A stretch of 64,000 nt of DNA from Eubacteriales bacterium (GCA_030524745.1 JAUNGC010000022.1:1017-65016), one strand, 5' to 3'; positions 1 to 10,659 are shown, counted from the stretch's first letter. Translations and numbers: made by a program. The notes: generated by a model from the letters alone, not told the origin.

Positions 1-129
1 TTTTGTTGCATCTGTTGACATTCCGAGTGCATCCGTAAAAAAAGCAGCGGGATATGTATTCGTTTGCAGACCTTTCCACAATTCCCTGAAACCGTGTACC
101 AGAGCATTCGACAATTCATTCGCGTTCAT
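1..129 (-). CDS. Partial hypothetical protein (N-terminal 43 aa, runs off the window start)
   Basis: AAGGAG RBS upstream of ATG at 129. Open frame MNANELSNALVHGFRELWKGLQ... continues to position 1. Not in the ORF track. Confidence 0.6.
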   Translation of the reverse strand, partial: MNANELSNALVHGFRELWKGLQTNTYPAAFFTDALGMSTDATK

Positions 130-360
130 CTTATTTCTCTCCTTCTTGTTCTGAGAATCATGATGTTTTTGAAAGATTTCCTGCATTCATTCTATCATAA
201 TATCAATTTTAACCGCAACTATTTACCGTCCGGCATCTTGCAAGATCCCCCCGTTCTGTGATAGTATCTATACGTAATTCTCATATTAGTTCACAAAATG
301 AACTATTGTTTTTTGATTTATCAAAAGAATATTGCCAAAAAACTTATAAGAGGTGCTATT

Positions 361-1584
361 ATGAATCCAATCAGAAAAATGTATTGCAGAACCTTTCAGG
401 GCGCATTTCATATCGCTCTGCCCTTCCTGCCTTACAGGCAGCCGAAAATGATCGACAGCATTACCGCCATTCCTTCTATTTTAATGAAAAAGCATAAAGA
501 ACGTGTTATGATTGTCACAGATGAAGGAATCAGAAAACTCGGTCTTGTGCATTCTTTAGAGGAAGCCTTGCAGAAAAACGGCATTTTTTACGTTATCTAT
601 GACAAAACCGTCCCTAATCCCACTACTCTCAATGTGGAAGAAGCGCGTCAGCTTTATAAAGAGAACCGATGTAAAGCGCTGATCGGCTTCGGCGGCGGTT
701 CCAGCATAGACTGTGCAAAGGCGGTGGGCGCGCGCATTGCAAGACCCCGAAAATCGCCGGGACAAATGGCCGGCATTCTGCGCGTCCGCAAAAAGCTTCC
801 GCTTTTCATTGCCATTCCCACTACGGCGGGAACCGGAAGCGAAACCACTCTTGCCGCCGTCATCACGGATGCGCAGACGAGACATAAGTATGCCATCAAC
901 GACTTTCCGCTGATTCCCGGATATGCAGTGCTTGATCCCCAAATTACAGTCAGCCTTCCGCCCTTTATCACCGCCACTACCGGAATGGACGCGCTGACGC
1001 ACGCCGTGGAAGCATACATCGGAAACTCCACCACCCGCGCCACCAGAGCTTACGCTCTGCGGGCCGTCAAACTGATTTTTCAAAATCTGGACCGGGCCTA
1101 TCAAAAGGGCAGCGACCTGCGGGCGCGGAAAAATATGCTGATCGCCTCCTATTATGCAGGCTGCGCCTTCACCCAGTCCTATGTCGGCTATGTTCACGCG
1201 GTTGCCCACTCCATCGGCGGACAATATGACGTTCCCCATGGTCTGGCAAATGCGATTTTGCTGCCCCATGTGCTCAAAGCCTATGGAAAACGTATCGATC
1301 GGAAGCTGCACCGCCTTGCCGTTGCCGCAGGAGTCGCTTCGGAAGATACGCCCGCTGAAACTGCCGCAAAAGACTTCATTCATGCGATAGAAGAAATGAA
1401 AAAACGCTTCCATATTGGGGATACTGTAAAAGAAATCCGGGAAGAAGACATCCCGAAGCTGGCTCGCTATGCGGATAAAGAAGCAAATCCTCTCTATCCC
1501 GTTCCCGTGCTGATGGATTCAAACGAACTGAAACTTTTTTACTACATACTGCTGGAAGATCAAAGCAGCCGCCAGACAGTTTAA
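361..1584 (+). CDS. Iron-containing alcohol dehydrogenase
   Basis: GGGSSID, AIPTTAGTGSE, GMDALTHAVE and HG.ANA motifs. ATG at 361 follows an AGGTG RBS. Confidence 0.92.
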   Translation: MNPIRKMYCRTFQGAFHIALPFLPYRQPKMIDSITAIPSILMKKHKERVMIVTDEGIRKLGLVHSLEEALQKNGIFYVIYDKTVPNPTTLNVEEARQLYKENRCKALIGFGGGSSIDCAKAVGARIARPRKSPGQMAGILRVRKKLPLFIAIPTTAGTGSETTLAAVITDAQTRHKYAINDFPLIPGYAVLDPQITVSLPPFITATTGMDALTHAVEAYIGNSTTRATRAYALRAVKLIFQNLDRAYQKGSDLRARKNMLIASYYAGCAFTQSYVGYVHAVAHSIGGQYDVPHGLANAILLPHVLKAYGKRIDRKLHRLAVAAGVASEDTPAETAAKDFIHAIEEMKKRFHIGDTVKEIREEDIPKLARYADKEANPLYPVPVLMDSNELKLFYYILLEDQSSRQTV

Positions 1585-1614
1585 CGGCCGCTTTCCAAGA
1601 AAGGAAATATAGCC

Positions 1615-2994
1615 ATGGAAGCAAAAGAAATACAGAAAATAATCGACAACCAGCGCACATACTTCAGCAGCGGACAGACGCTTGATCTTTCTGTCCGTCA
1701 AAGGGCGTTAAGCCGCTTAAAGGCCGGCATCCTGCGCCACGAAGAGGCAATCAATGAAGCGCTGAAGGCAGACCTGGGAAAAAGCGCGTTTGAAGGATAT
1801 ATGTGCGAGACCGGCCTGACCTTAAGTGAAATCAGCTATATGCAGCGCCATCTGAAACGTTTTGCGGCGGGAAAAACCGTATATACGCCCCTTGCCCAGT
1901 TTCATTCCAAAAGCTATAAAACGCCCTCTCCCTACGGCGTCGTGCTGATTATGAGTCCCTGGAATTATCCGGTTTTACTGACGCTGGATCCTCTGGCGGA
2001 CGCCATCGCCGCCGGCAATACGGTCGTCTTAAAACCCAGCGCCTATTCCCCGCATACCAGCGCCATCCTGGAAAAAATCATACGCGAGTGTTTTGACCCG
2101 CGCTATGTCGCCGTCATCACAGGAGGCCGCAGTGAAAACAGTTGCCTGCTCAGCCAGCGCTTTGATTACATTTTCTTTACCGGAAGCCAGGCAGTGGGAA
2201 AAGAAGTGATGCGCAAAGCAGCCGAACACCTGACTCCTGTCACCCTGGAACTGGGCGGCAAAAGCCCGTGCCTTGTGGATAAAAGCGCCAACCTGAAGCT
2301 GGCGGCAAAAAGAATCGTGTTTGGAAAATACTTAAACTGCGGGCAGACCTGCGTTGCGCCGGACTATATTTATTGTCACGAAGCTATTAAAGATGCTCTC
2401 CTTGCAGAAATCATCAGACAAATCAAAAAACAATACGGTGAAAACCCTTTGGGAAACGAAGAATACGGAAAAATCATCAACGAAAAGCACTTTCACCGCC
2501 TCAGCAGTCTGATTGAAACCAATAAGCTTGTGCACGGCGGAAAAACAAATCCCACCTCCCTGCAGATGGAACCGACTGTTCTGGACCGGGTATCCTTTGA
2601 AGACGCCGTTATGCAGGAAGAAATTTTCGGCCCCATCCTGCCTGTACTGACTTTTTCTTCCATCGATGAAGCGATTCAAAAGATTACGGCAATGCCCCAT
2701 CCGCTGGCGCTCTATATTTTCACCGCAGATAAAGCGGTCGCAAGAAAAGTGATCTCCACCTGCGGCTTCGGCGGCGGATGCGTCAACGATACGATCATTC
2801 ATCTCGCCACCAGCGAAATGGGCTTCGGCGGCTTTGGTGAAAGCGGCATGGGCTCCTATCATGGGAAAGAGGGCTTCGACACTTTTTCTCACTACAAAAG
2901 CATTGTGGACAAAAAAACCTGGATCGATCTGCCGATGCGCTATCATCCCTATCGGGAAATCAACCGGAAACTGATCCGCTTTTTCTTAAAGTAA
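1615..2994 (+). CDS. Aldehyde dehydrogenase (NAD(P)+ dependent)
   Basis: PWNYP, FTGS, LELGGKSP, catalytic Cys in GQTCVAPDY, EEIFGP. Confidence 0.95.
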   Translation: MEAKEIQKIIDNQRTYFSSGQTLDLSVRQRALSRLKAGILRHEEAINEALKADLGKSAFEGYMCETGLTLSEISYMQRHLKRFAAGKTVYTPLAQFHSKSYKTPSPYGVVLIMSPWNYPVLLTLDPLADAIAAGNTVVLKPSAYSPHTSAILEKIIRECFDPRYVAVITGGRSENSCLLSQRFDYIFFTGSQAVGKEVMRKAAEHLTPVTLELGGKSPCLVDKSANLKLAAKRIVFGKYLNCGQTCVAPDYIYCHEAIKDALLAEIIRQIKKQYGENPLGNEEYGKIINEKHFHRLSSLIETNKLVHGGKTNPTSLQMEPTVLDRVSFEDAVMQEEIFGPILPVLTFSSIDEAIQKITAMPHPLALYIFTADKAVARKVISTCGFGGGCVNDTIIHLATSEMGFGGFGESGMGSYHGKEGFDTFSHYKSIVDKKTWIDLPMRYHPYREINRKLIRFFLK

Positions 2995-3059
2995 GCCCAT
3001 TCCCATATGAAACGGCAGGGATATCACAAAAAGTTTCGCAATATCCCCGCCGTGTTTTC

Positions 3060-4310
3060 TCAATTATCCTGTTCTTTGTCGTTCACCATAATAAAATCAA
3101 TCGCTTCCAGATATCCCTCCAGACCGTGACCATAGATCTGCTTGTCACAGGACGGAGCCGTGACGGATATATGACGGAATTCTTCGCGTTCCATAATATT
3201 GGAAATATGTATCTCCACCTTCGGAACAGTGATGCTTGCAAGAGCGTCCCGAATCGCGTAACTGTAATGGGTATATGCGCCCGGATTTATTACAATTCCT
3301 TCGGTGCCGTCAAAATAAGCCTCCTGTATGCGGTCAATAATCGCGCCCTCGTGATTGCTCTGAAATACTTCGATCTGCGCCCTGCAGGAAATTCCCTTTC
3401 TGGCGATCATGTCCAGAAGATAATTGTAATCCTTCGTGCCGTAGATCCCCTTTTCCCGGATTCCCAGGAAATTGATATTCGGCCCGTTAATCACCAGCAG
3501 CTTTTTCAGACGTTTTTCCTGGTTCTCCGTCCGCGGCGCTTCTTTTCGCTCTACCGGCGGCTCGGCAGCGGCTTCCTTTTTCCCAATTTCAGAATAACCA
3601 AAGCTTTCTTTTGCGCCGTAACGCGAAAATCTTTCCCTGACTCCGAACATGTTCCTGCCGTAGCCTTCTCTTCCGCTGAAAAAAGAATGCCCGTAGCTTT
3701 CTTTTCTCTCGTATCCGGTCCTTCCATACCCTTCCTTCGTTTCAAAAGCGGCGCGCGCCCCTTCTTCCCTATGCTCATATCCGATCCGGGCAGCGCGGGG
3801 CGCCGGACGCAAGCCTCTCTCTATTTCGTACAGAATTTGTCCAAAATTCTTATCATCCACATCAACAATGAAATCTGCCGCCGCCTCGTAAATGTCTTTT
3901 CTTTCCTCCAGCAGCGTCCGGATACGTTCCAACGGATTCTCACACTGCAAAAGCGGCCTGCTCTGATCCTCTTTTAATCTTTCATAAAGCGTTTCCGGTC
4001 TCGCCCTCAGGTAAACCACCTTTCCGATTTCTTTCATCAGCGCCCGGTTCTCTTCCCGCAGCGGAAGGCCGCCGCCCACGGAAATAATCTGATTTTTGGC
4101 CGTTTCCTTCAGACTCTTTAACTCTTCTGTCTCCATCAGGCGGAAGGCCTCTTCTCCATCCTGTGCAAAAATTTCCGCAATCGTCTTCCCCTGTTTTTTT
4201 TCGATCCGCTTGTCCGTATCCGTCACTGACTGTTTCATCCGATAGGACAGCTTTAATGCCACACTGCTCTTTCCGCAGCCCATGAACCCGATCAGTATTA
4301 CATTGCCCAT
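3060..4310 (-). CDS. aroK-aroQ: Shikimate kinase fused to type II 3-dehydroquinate dehydratase through a ~100-aa low-complexity linker
   Basis: N-terminus has GFMGCGKS (Walker A), SVGGG and RPLL. C-terminus has NGPNINFLG.RE...YG, SNHEG, NPGAYTH and EIHISN. Confidence 0.9.
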   Translation of the reverse strand: MGNVILIGFMGCGKSSVALKLSYRMKQSVTDTDKRIEKKQGKTIAEIFAQDGEEAFRLMETEELKSLKETAKNQIISVGGGLPLREENRALMKEIGKVVYLRARPETLYERLKEDQSRPLLQCENPLERIRTLLEERKDIYEAAADFIVDVDDKNFGQILYEIERGLRPAPRAARIGYEHREEGARAAFETKEGYGRTGYERKESYGHSFFSGREGYGRNMFGVRERFSRYGAKESFGYSEIGKKEAAAEPPVERKEAPRTENQEKRLKKLLVINGPNINFLGIREKGIYGTKDYNYLLDMIARKGISCRAQIEVFQSNHEGAIIDRIQEAYFDGTEGIVINPGAYTHYSYAIRDALASITVPKVEIHISNIMEREEFRHISVTAPSCDKQIYGHGLEGYLEAIDFIMVNDKEQDN

Positions 4311-4397
4311 GGTAGTTTAATCCCTCTCTTTCGCACTACTCGTTCCGTTTGTTTCTTCGCCGCAGTTCGTTCTCCTGTCAAACCGCCGCCTTTCTTT

Positions 4398-5273
4398 TCA
4401 TTTTGCGGCCAGCATCTCATAAATCTGCGTTACCGCTTCTTTGGGAGCCGTCACCGCATTCCAAAGTTCAAAAGCTTCAACTCCCTGATAGACAAGCATT
4501 TTCAGCCCGTTAAATGCTTTTCCCCCGGCTTTTTCCGTCAAAGACATAAATTTTGTCTTTGACGGACGGTAAATCAGATCGTACCCGGTATGGATTTTTT
4601 CGTAAAACGCTTCCTCCTCCACCGCGGCCCGGTCACTGTCCGGATAAAGCCCAACGCTGGTCGCCTGAATGCACAGATATTTCCGGTCCGGAAGTTCCCG
4701 CCAGTTCTTAAGTTCCATGGCGTGCACGCAGGGATTGCCGCTTCTTTCATTCACCTCGCGCGCCACCTGGCGCGCCTTCTCTACGCTGCGGTTCAGCAGG
4801 TATACCCGGGATGCGCCCTTCATAGCGCAAAGGAACGCAACCGCCCGCCCCACGCCGCCCGCGCCGAGAACGATCACTTCTTCTCTTTCCAGCGATACCC
4901 CGTCTTCCTGCATCGCGCGGAACAATCCGCTCATATCCGTGTTGAACCCCTTATAACCATCCTGTGTCCGAACCAGCGTATTCACCGATTCCATCGCCGC
5001 CGCCAGCGGATCTGCGTCCTGCAAAAACAAAAGCACCTCTTTTTTGTAGGGCACCGTCACGTTCATGCCCAGCACATTCAGCGCAAAAGCGCCCCTCACC
5101 GCAGCCTCCAGCCTGCCTGTTTCCACATGAAAAGGCACATAGGCGAGATTGATCCCGCATGCATTGGCAAGCGTATTGTGAATATCCGGCGAAATAGTAT
5201 GCTCCACAGGGTTTCCGATCAATCCGCATACCCTTGTTTTGCCGTCGATTGTTACAGAATTTCCGTTTCTCAT
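4398..5273 (-). CDS. aroE: Shikimate dehydrogenase
   Basis: IGNPVEHTISP, NVTVPYK, NT..G.NTD and GAGGVG motifs. ATG at 5273 follows a GAGGT RBS. Confidence 0.93.
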   Translation of the reverse strand: MRNGNSVTIDGKTRVCGLIGNPVEHTISPDIHNTLANACGINLAYVPFHVETGRLEAAVRGAFALNVLGMNVTVPYKKEVLLFLQDADPLAAAMESVNTLVRTQDGYKGFNTDMSGLFRAMQEDGVSLEREEVIVLGAGGVGRAVAFLCAMKGASRVYLLNRSVEKARQVAREVNERSGNPCVHAMELKNWRELPDRKYLCIQATSVGLYPDSDRAAVEEEAFYEKIHTGYDLIYRPSKTKFMSLTEKAGGKAFNGLKMLVYQGVEAFELWNAVTAPKEAVTQIYEMLAAK

Positions 5274-5418
5274 GACAGACCTCACCACAGCGAAAACGAC
5301 CAAATGATACGCATTTTCATCGCTTCTTTTGCTTTCTCACCTAAAAATATAACACAATTTTTCCCACTTATCATCCATTTCTTAAAAAAATCCTGCGATT
5401 CATCCAAAAAAGAACCGT

Positions 5419-6603
5419 TCATTCCAGCTTTACCTCCGCCGCAAACAAAGCCTTTTGCGGCAGAAGCGCTTTCGCATCCGCGCCTTTGCATTCATCCATA
5501 TATGTGATATAGTCATATACATATACGGTGACGCGGCTTACATCCCTTTTCCAGAGAGAATATGTTTCCGCATTTTCTCCCTGCGGGGAAAGAACTTCCC
5601 CGTTCGCATCACAGATCACCGTCAGATAGTCGGCCTTATCCGCGCCTTCCGGCAAAATCAGTTCAGCGCACAATTCATAATCCGTTTTGGTCAGGCAGGC
5701 AATTCCGATTCCATCCTCATTGACCTGATTTACCGGAATGGTCGCCGCGCCTTCTCCCGTCACCTCCAGTTCAAAATTCCACTCTCCCCGGTAATGCTGC
5801 TTTTCATAATCTGCATAGATGTCCGTGACTGTCAGTTCGTAGCCAAAATGCTCCGGCAAGACAGCCAGGTCCGCGCCGGCTGTCTGCATCAGACCGGTGA
5901 GATCAGCGCGAATGATTCCTGCAAAAGTCTTTTCGTCCTTAAATTCTCCCTCCATGTAATATGGCGTTTCCAGTCCCAGTCCAGGATCCAGAATCACTTC
6001 CCCCAATCCTGCCCCTGATAAATCCACTGCCGCCGTACTGTAAAACATGATTTTGCTGATATCCGCGCCCTTCGCATCCGCAATAAAAGCTTCGTCAAAT
6101 CCATTCTCCGCTTCCAGGCACACGGCAAGATACAGCGCCATGTCGTTGCAGTATATCTCAGAAATCGTAAACCGCACGCCATCTGCTTCCTTCACATAAG
6201 GACTCTGGATTTCCTCTCCTGCCGCGGCATTCTCGTCCTCAGCCAGAAGCTGTTCTGCCCGGGCGTCAAAACTTCCCGGATAGCTGACCTTTTCTTCCAC
6301 CTGTTTGAAAATCCATCCAATCAAAGGAATCTTTGCCGCCATCACAGGATCGGCCGCTGCTGCCAGAAAAACAATGCAGACAGCGGCAGCCATACCTGCT
6401 GCGCCGATCAGAATTTTCTGAAAGCCCTTCTTTTTCCGGCGGCCGATAGCCCGTTTCTTTTTATCCGCTCCCCAAACGCCCTCCGAAGCCTGTTTTCGGA
6501 TGATTCTGTATGCCTCCTGCATTTTTTCGTCGATCACCGCAGAGGGCGACATTTCCTGTGACAAAATATTTCTGAGTTCTTCCCCGGTATCCATTTTTTT
6601 CAT
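5419..6603 (-). CDS. Membrane-anchored anti-sigma factor (DUF4179-like)
   Basis: Single TM segment after a basic stretch, acidic extracytoplasmic domain, and a 4-bp overlap with the ECF sigma gene. Confidence 0.65.
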   Translation of the reverse strand: MKKMDTGEELRNILSQEMSPSAVIDEKMQEAYRIIRKQASEGVWGADKKKRAIGRRKKKGFQKILIGAAGMAAAVCIVFLAAAADPVMAAKIPLIGWIFKQVEEKVSYPGSFDARAEQLLAEDENAAAGEEIQSPYVKEADGVRFTISEIYCNDMALYLAVCLEAENGFDEAFIADAKGADISKIMFYSTAAVDLSGAGLGEVILDPGLGLETPYYMEGEFKDEKTFAGIIRADLTGLMQTAGADLAVLPEHFGYELTVTDIYADYEKQHYRGEWNFELEVTGEGAATIPVNQVNEDGIGIACLTKTDYELCAELILPEGADKADYLTVICDANGEVLSPQGENAETYSLWKRDVSRVTVYVYDYITYMDECKGADAKALLPQKALFAAEVKLE

Positions 6604-7109
6604 CCTATCTGCCTCCTAACCTGCAACTCTTCCCGCAACTGATTTTTTCCTCTGTGCAGCTTGCTCTTGACTGTGCTTTCTTTTATGGAAAGCATTTCAC
6701 TGATTTCCCGCGTGGTAAACTGTTCCCCATAATAGAGTTGAAAAATGGTTCTGCTGTCCCCGGGAAGGGAACGCAGCAGATCGAAAAATTCTATATTGCT
6801 TTCCTCCCGGTTTTCCCAGGAGATCTCCGGCACTTCTTCCACCGGATAACTCCTTTTATTTTTCCGGTAACGGCTGCTGCAGTGATTCATCAGAATCCTG
6901 ACCAGCCAGGTTCGGAAATATTCCGGTTTTTTCAACTCCTTCATGTGTTCATAGACGCTTAAAATAGTATCCTGAATGGCGTCCGCAACATCCGCTTCCG
7001 ACTGGAAATATCCGAATGCGATTCGTTCCAGCGTCATTTTATTATTTTCGATCAGTTGAATGAATGCTTCTGCATCGCCGCCTTGCGCCCTCTTCACTAA
7101 CCTGTCCAT
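6600..7109 (-). CDS. ECF RNA polymerase sigma factor (sigma-70 group 4)
   Basis: DAIQDT...F.TWL.RIL.N region 2 and EISEMLSIKESTVKSKLHRGK region 4. Confidence 0.92.
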   Translation of the reverse strand: MDRLVKRAQGGDAEAFIQLIENNKMTLERIAFGYFQSEADVADAIQDTILSVYEHMKELKKPEYFRTWLVRILMNHCSSRYRKNKRSYPVEEVPEISWENREESNIEFFDLLRSLPGDSRTIFQLYYGEQFTTREISEMLSIKESTVKSKLHRGKNQLREELQVRRQIG

Positions 7110-7235
7110 GCTTTATCCTCCGTTTCATTCTCCGGCCGGGAGTCTTGCGGCGGTATTCCAATGCATCCGCATTTGAGTACCGCCTACATTCATTAGATAA
7201 AATATGTCCGCATTTTGATGCAAAAAACAAAAAAA

Positions 7236-7265
7236 TTTACTCCACCCTTTGAAGGGTGGAGTAAA
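7236..7265 (-). terminator. Rho-independent terminator after the GNAT gene
   Basis: 14-bp arms TTTACTCCACCCTT/AAGGGTGGAGTAAA followed by a T-run on the minus strand. Confidence 0.75.
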
Positions 7266-7304
7266 GAAAGCATTTTCCGGGATCGGCCCCAAAACGGCAT
7301 TAAG

Positions 7305-7934
7305 TTACGCATCCAACGGAATCTCTTTAATGAACCTGATATTTCTTCCCGCCAAATTGCCGTACACATGCTCATAGATCTTACGATACTCTACAAAGGT
7401 TACGCTACAGCCGCAAGAGAGCACCTCCATATCGACGCCGAACAAATTGACGGAAAAAGGAAGCGGGGTCATGCCGTTTCGCAAATAAAAGCTTTTTCTG
7501 CGCAGCCGCAGCTTCTGTATCTGTTCCGGCTTTTCCTTTTGCCGCGCTCCTACAGCCCCTTTTTTTGCAGCCGCAGCTTCTATGTACTCCATTGCCGTAT
7601 TCTCGATCTCCAAAATGAACCGCTTTGATTCGTAGCGCTTTTTCAGCAGGGCAAACGCCGAACTTCCGACGCCGCTCTCCCGGCAGGCCGGCTCTATCGC
7701 AAAGTAATCCAGCAACACGATATCCCCATCCAGCATGGTGATCGCCAGTCCCAAAAACGTGCCGTCCTCATCTTCTATGGACAGCATTTCCGTAACGCCC
7801 TCCCGGGCTTTGCGCCGTATCAGGAAGAAGGGCTTTCTTTCCGCGGCCGGAAACGCTTCCCTGTACAGCCTGTGAATGCGATCCACCTGCCTCTTCTGAT
7901 CCGCTTCCACCAGTCTGATCCCTTTATCACTCAT
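7305..7934 (-). CDS. GNAT family N-acetyltransferase
   Basis: LDYFAI..RESGVGS acetyl-CoA motif and RR..FY.RNG. Confidence 0.85.
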   Translation of the reverse strand: MSDKGIRLVEADQKRQVDRIHRLYREAFPAAERKPFFLIRRKAREGVTEMLSIEDEDGTFLGLAITMLDGDIVLLDYFAIEPACRESGVGSSAFALLKKRYESKRFILEIENTAMEYIEAAAAKKGAVGARQKEKPEQIQKLRLRRKSFYLRNGMTPLPFSVNLFGVDMEVLSCGCSVTFVEYRKIYEHVYGNLAGRNIRFIKEIPLDA

Positions 7935-7971
7935 AACAATACCTTTCTGCCTTCCCGTTCTTTATCCAGTC

Positions 7972-8475
7972 TCACTTCAAACGTTTTTTCCGATAAAAGT
8001 ATAACACAATCCGTTCCAACTGCCGCTTTAAAACGATCTGAATTTCCTCCTTTGGATGAATGGGTTTTACTAAAATGCTCAGAATCCCTGCGTTTTTAGC
8101 GCCCCACACATCGGTGAAAAGCTGGTCGCCGATGAACAGGGTCGTGCGCTCATCCGTCCCCATCCTCCTCATAGCTTCCTGATAGCCTTTGGGAGAGGGC
8201 TTATCCGCTTTAAAAATGTATCCCGCATACTTCACATCCTCTGCAAAGCTTTTCACCCTGGGTTCCTTATTATTGGACAAAAGCGTCACCGCAAAACCCG
8301 TTTTATGCAGCCGCTCAAACAGAGCCACAGCCCGGCCGTCAGCAGGCGCGCCATGGGGCACCAACGTATTATCCACGTCATAGATAATTCCCCGGTATCC
8401 CTCTTTGTAATAACCTTCATAATCGATTTCATAGGCGGAATCCACCCAGACATCCGGATAAAAAATTTCCAGCAT
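7972..8475 (-). CDS. yqeG: YqeG-like HAD subfamily IIIA phosphatase
   Basis: DVDNTL, SNN, KP and GDQLFTDVWGA motifs. Confidence 0.88.
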   Translation of the reverse strand: MLEIFYPDVWVDSAYEIDYEGYYKEGYRGIIYDVDNTLVPHGAPADGRAVALFERLHKTGFAVTLLSNNKEPRVKSFAEDVKYAGYIFKADKPSPKGYQEAMRRMGTDERTTLFIGDQLFTDVWGAKNAGILSILVKPIHPKEEIQIVLKRQLERIVLYFYRKKRLK

Positions 8476-8713
8476 GATTCCCGTTCCTCCCAAGCGCCTC
8501 TGTCGGGCAGCGCTATATCATCTCCATATGCTGCCGGCCGTTTCCGCAATGTAAAAATAAACGCGGCCTGCACTGCCGCGCCTACAATCTATTCCGATCA
8601 CAATTATTCACGATCTGTCTCTATCGAACATAGTATACAAGATCCAGGCAAAATGCAAGTGTTTTTTCTTTCCTCCCTTTCCTATCCGGCCTGTCTTTGA
8701 TTCATTCCATTTT

Positions 8714-9145
8714 TTACAGATACTTTTTTAACTCTTTTATATTATTTTCTTCAAAATCCATCAGTTCCTTTGCCAGTTCCACAGACTGTCCCTGTGCCTG
8801 CGCGTTATGATTCATCGCTTTCCACAAATTCGACAGTCCCATATTGCTGCCCCGGATCATCAATTCGGCCAGATGACTGGTGGAAGCATTCAGCAAAGTA
8901 TTCCCCTGGATTGCGGCCGTAATCATCATCCGGTTCACCTTGTTTTCCGGATCAGGTCTCTGTTTGGCCGCAAGAAGCTGCGCCTTTGCCCGGTCATGCA
9001 GTTCCCCGTATTTGAACGATTCTCTCGCCAGCATCAGTGCCATATTGTCATCGTATACTTTATTGCTCATCACATCCAGCGCATGCATTCCCATTTCCGT
9101 ATTTTTTTGAATTTCCCGCAGCAATTCCACATCGTCTTTTTTCAT
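8714..9145 (-). CDS. Conserved helical hypothetical protein (ferritin-like fold suspected)
   Basis: 143-aa ORF with RBS, all-helical character, and an ELMDFEENNI C-terminus typical of clostridial conserved proteins. Confidence 0.7.
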   Translation of the reverse strand: MKKDDVELLREIQKNTEMGMHALDVMSNKVYDDNMALMLARESFKYGELHDRAKAQLLAAKQRPDPENKVNRMMITAAIQGNTLLNASTSHLAELMIRGSNMGLSNLWKAMNHNAQAQGQSVELAKELMDFEENNIKELKKYL

Positions 9146-9239
9146 ACAAGCTTCTCCCTTCCATAAATGAAGCAGGAAGCATCTTTTAGGATACTTCCTG
9201 CTTTATTCTTTCCATATGGAAGAAAAATATTCCTGTTTT

Positions 9240-10526
9240 CTAATCCATTACTTTCAAAACTTCTGTCTTCACATATCCGGTCTGTCCGTTGAATTTCACC
9301 TTCGTCCATCCGTCCGCCTGTATCATGAGAATCTCCAGCTTATCTCCCTGATAGCAGACGCCAATCTTATCCGCTGTTTCGCTGGCTGATTTCCGGACAT
9401 TGATCGTATCGCCTACCTGTATGGTTCCGGAGATCGGAAGGGATGTGCTGCTGTTTCCCGTACTGCCCGCGCCCGCATTCTCTTCGTCTGTATCCTCTCC
9501 CGCTCCGGCCGCCTCATTTGCCTGTTCGGCGCTCTCATCCGTCACAAATTCCAGATACTCGGACTTGATAAACGCTTCTTTTCCTTCAAACTCAACTTTG
9601 CTCCAGCCATTTGACTTGCTTTCAATCAGCGGCAATACGTCGCCAATCTGCACCTTACCGATCCGCTCCGCCTGCTCGCTGTCGGACGCGCGGACATTCA
9701 CCACATCAGTCGCCCGGACTTCCGTCGCTGTTACCGTTTCCGCAGACGCCTCCTGCTGATTATCCTCCGCTTCCTGCGCCGCCTCCGCTTCTGCAAGAGC
9801 CTCGCCGACTTCGACCTTCAAATCGCTCGTCATCTGCGCCAGAAAATTATTCAGTTCTTCATCTTCCACAACCGCCTCATTGAACGCCACCTGTATCCGG
9901 TTCATCAAATCCACCACATCGTCCTGCGCAGAGATCTCTTCCAGATACTGGTTCACGGCCGCGTCCACTTCGCCTTCAAAAATGTAGCAGCTTCCGTCCT
10001 CCCTCTCATATACCAGATAAGGGCTTACCCCCGGTACCAAAGTATCCACTCCCTGGAATTTTACCTCATAAGAAGCATATACCACATAGGAATTCTCAGC
10101 CGGTCCGGCCTTTGTATAACATTTCAGATTCTGATAGGACTCGATATATGCGCTTCTTTTTTCCAGATAAATCAGCATCTCGTCGTCTATGGAATCCGCC
10201 AGCAGCTTAATTGTCTCCACATCGCCGTTTGTGACGGCCTGATAGTATTCTTCCATCAGCGCGTTGATTTCCGGATGCGCGTCTTCCTCCAACGGCACTT
10301 CCGCCGTTTCCGTATTCTCTTCCTGTGCAGTCTGGCTTCCCGTTTCTGTTGTTCCCTCCGCCACAGCCGGCTCTACTCCTCTGCCGGCAAATATTCCGAT
10401 TACGATAGCAATTGCCAGAATCACGACTACTGCAATTCCCGCTATAAGCGGCATTTTCTTCTTTTCTTTCAGAGAATTCCAAAAATCCCCAAGTCTGTTT
10501 TCCGGTTTCTTCTCCTGTACGATCAT
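9240..10526 (-). CDS. Membrane-anchored protein with two C-terminal SH3b domains
   Basis: N-terminal TM segment, then two VNVR/INVR...GW.KV.F.G..(A/G)(F/Y)(I/V)K repeats. Confidence 0.85.
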   Translation of the reverse strand: MIVQEKKPENRLGDFWNSLKEKKKMPLIAGIAVVVILAIAIVIGIFAGRGVEPAVAEGTTETGSQTAQEENTETAEVPLEEDAHPEINALMEEYYQAVTNGDVETIKLLADSIDDEMLIYLEKRSAYIESYQNLKCYTKAGPAENSYVVYASYEVKFQGVDTLVPGVSPYLVYEREDGSCYIFEGEVDAAVNQYLEEISAQDDVVDLMNRIQVAFNEAVVEDEELNNFLAQMTSDLKVEVGEALAEAEAAQEAEDNQQEASAETVTATEVRATDVVNVRASDSEQAERIGKVQIGDVLPLIESKSNGWSKVEFEGKEAFIKSEYLEFVTDESAEQANEAAGAGEDTDEENAGAGSTGNSSTSLPISGTIQVGDTINVRKSASETADKIGVCYQGDKLEILMIQADGWTKVKFNGQTGYVKTEVLKVMD

Positions 10527-10587
10527 AAAATCCCAACCTTTATTGACAAATCTGAACTACCCCAACAAAAAGCAAAGTGATGCGGAA

Positions 10588-10659
10588 TGCAACCGACAGG
10601 AATCGAACCTGCATTAAAGGCGTCGGAGGCCTCCGTTCTATCCGTTAGACTACGGTTGC
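10588..10659 (-). tRNA. tRNA-Arg(CCG)
   Basis: Cloverleaf with anticodon arm GAGGC-CTCCGAC-GCCTT and T-loop GGTTCGATTCC. CCA is not encoded. Confidence 0.93.

Noticed and set aside
10588-10659. tRNA-Arg (and the tRNA-Leu pair) as integration sites
   Set aside because: No duplicated tRNA 3' end and no integrase seen in the window.
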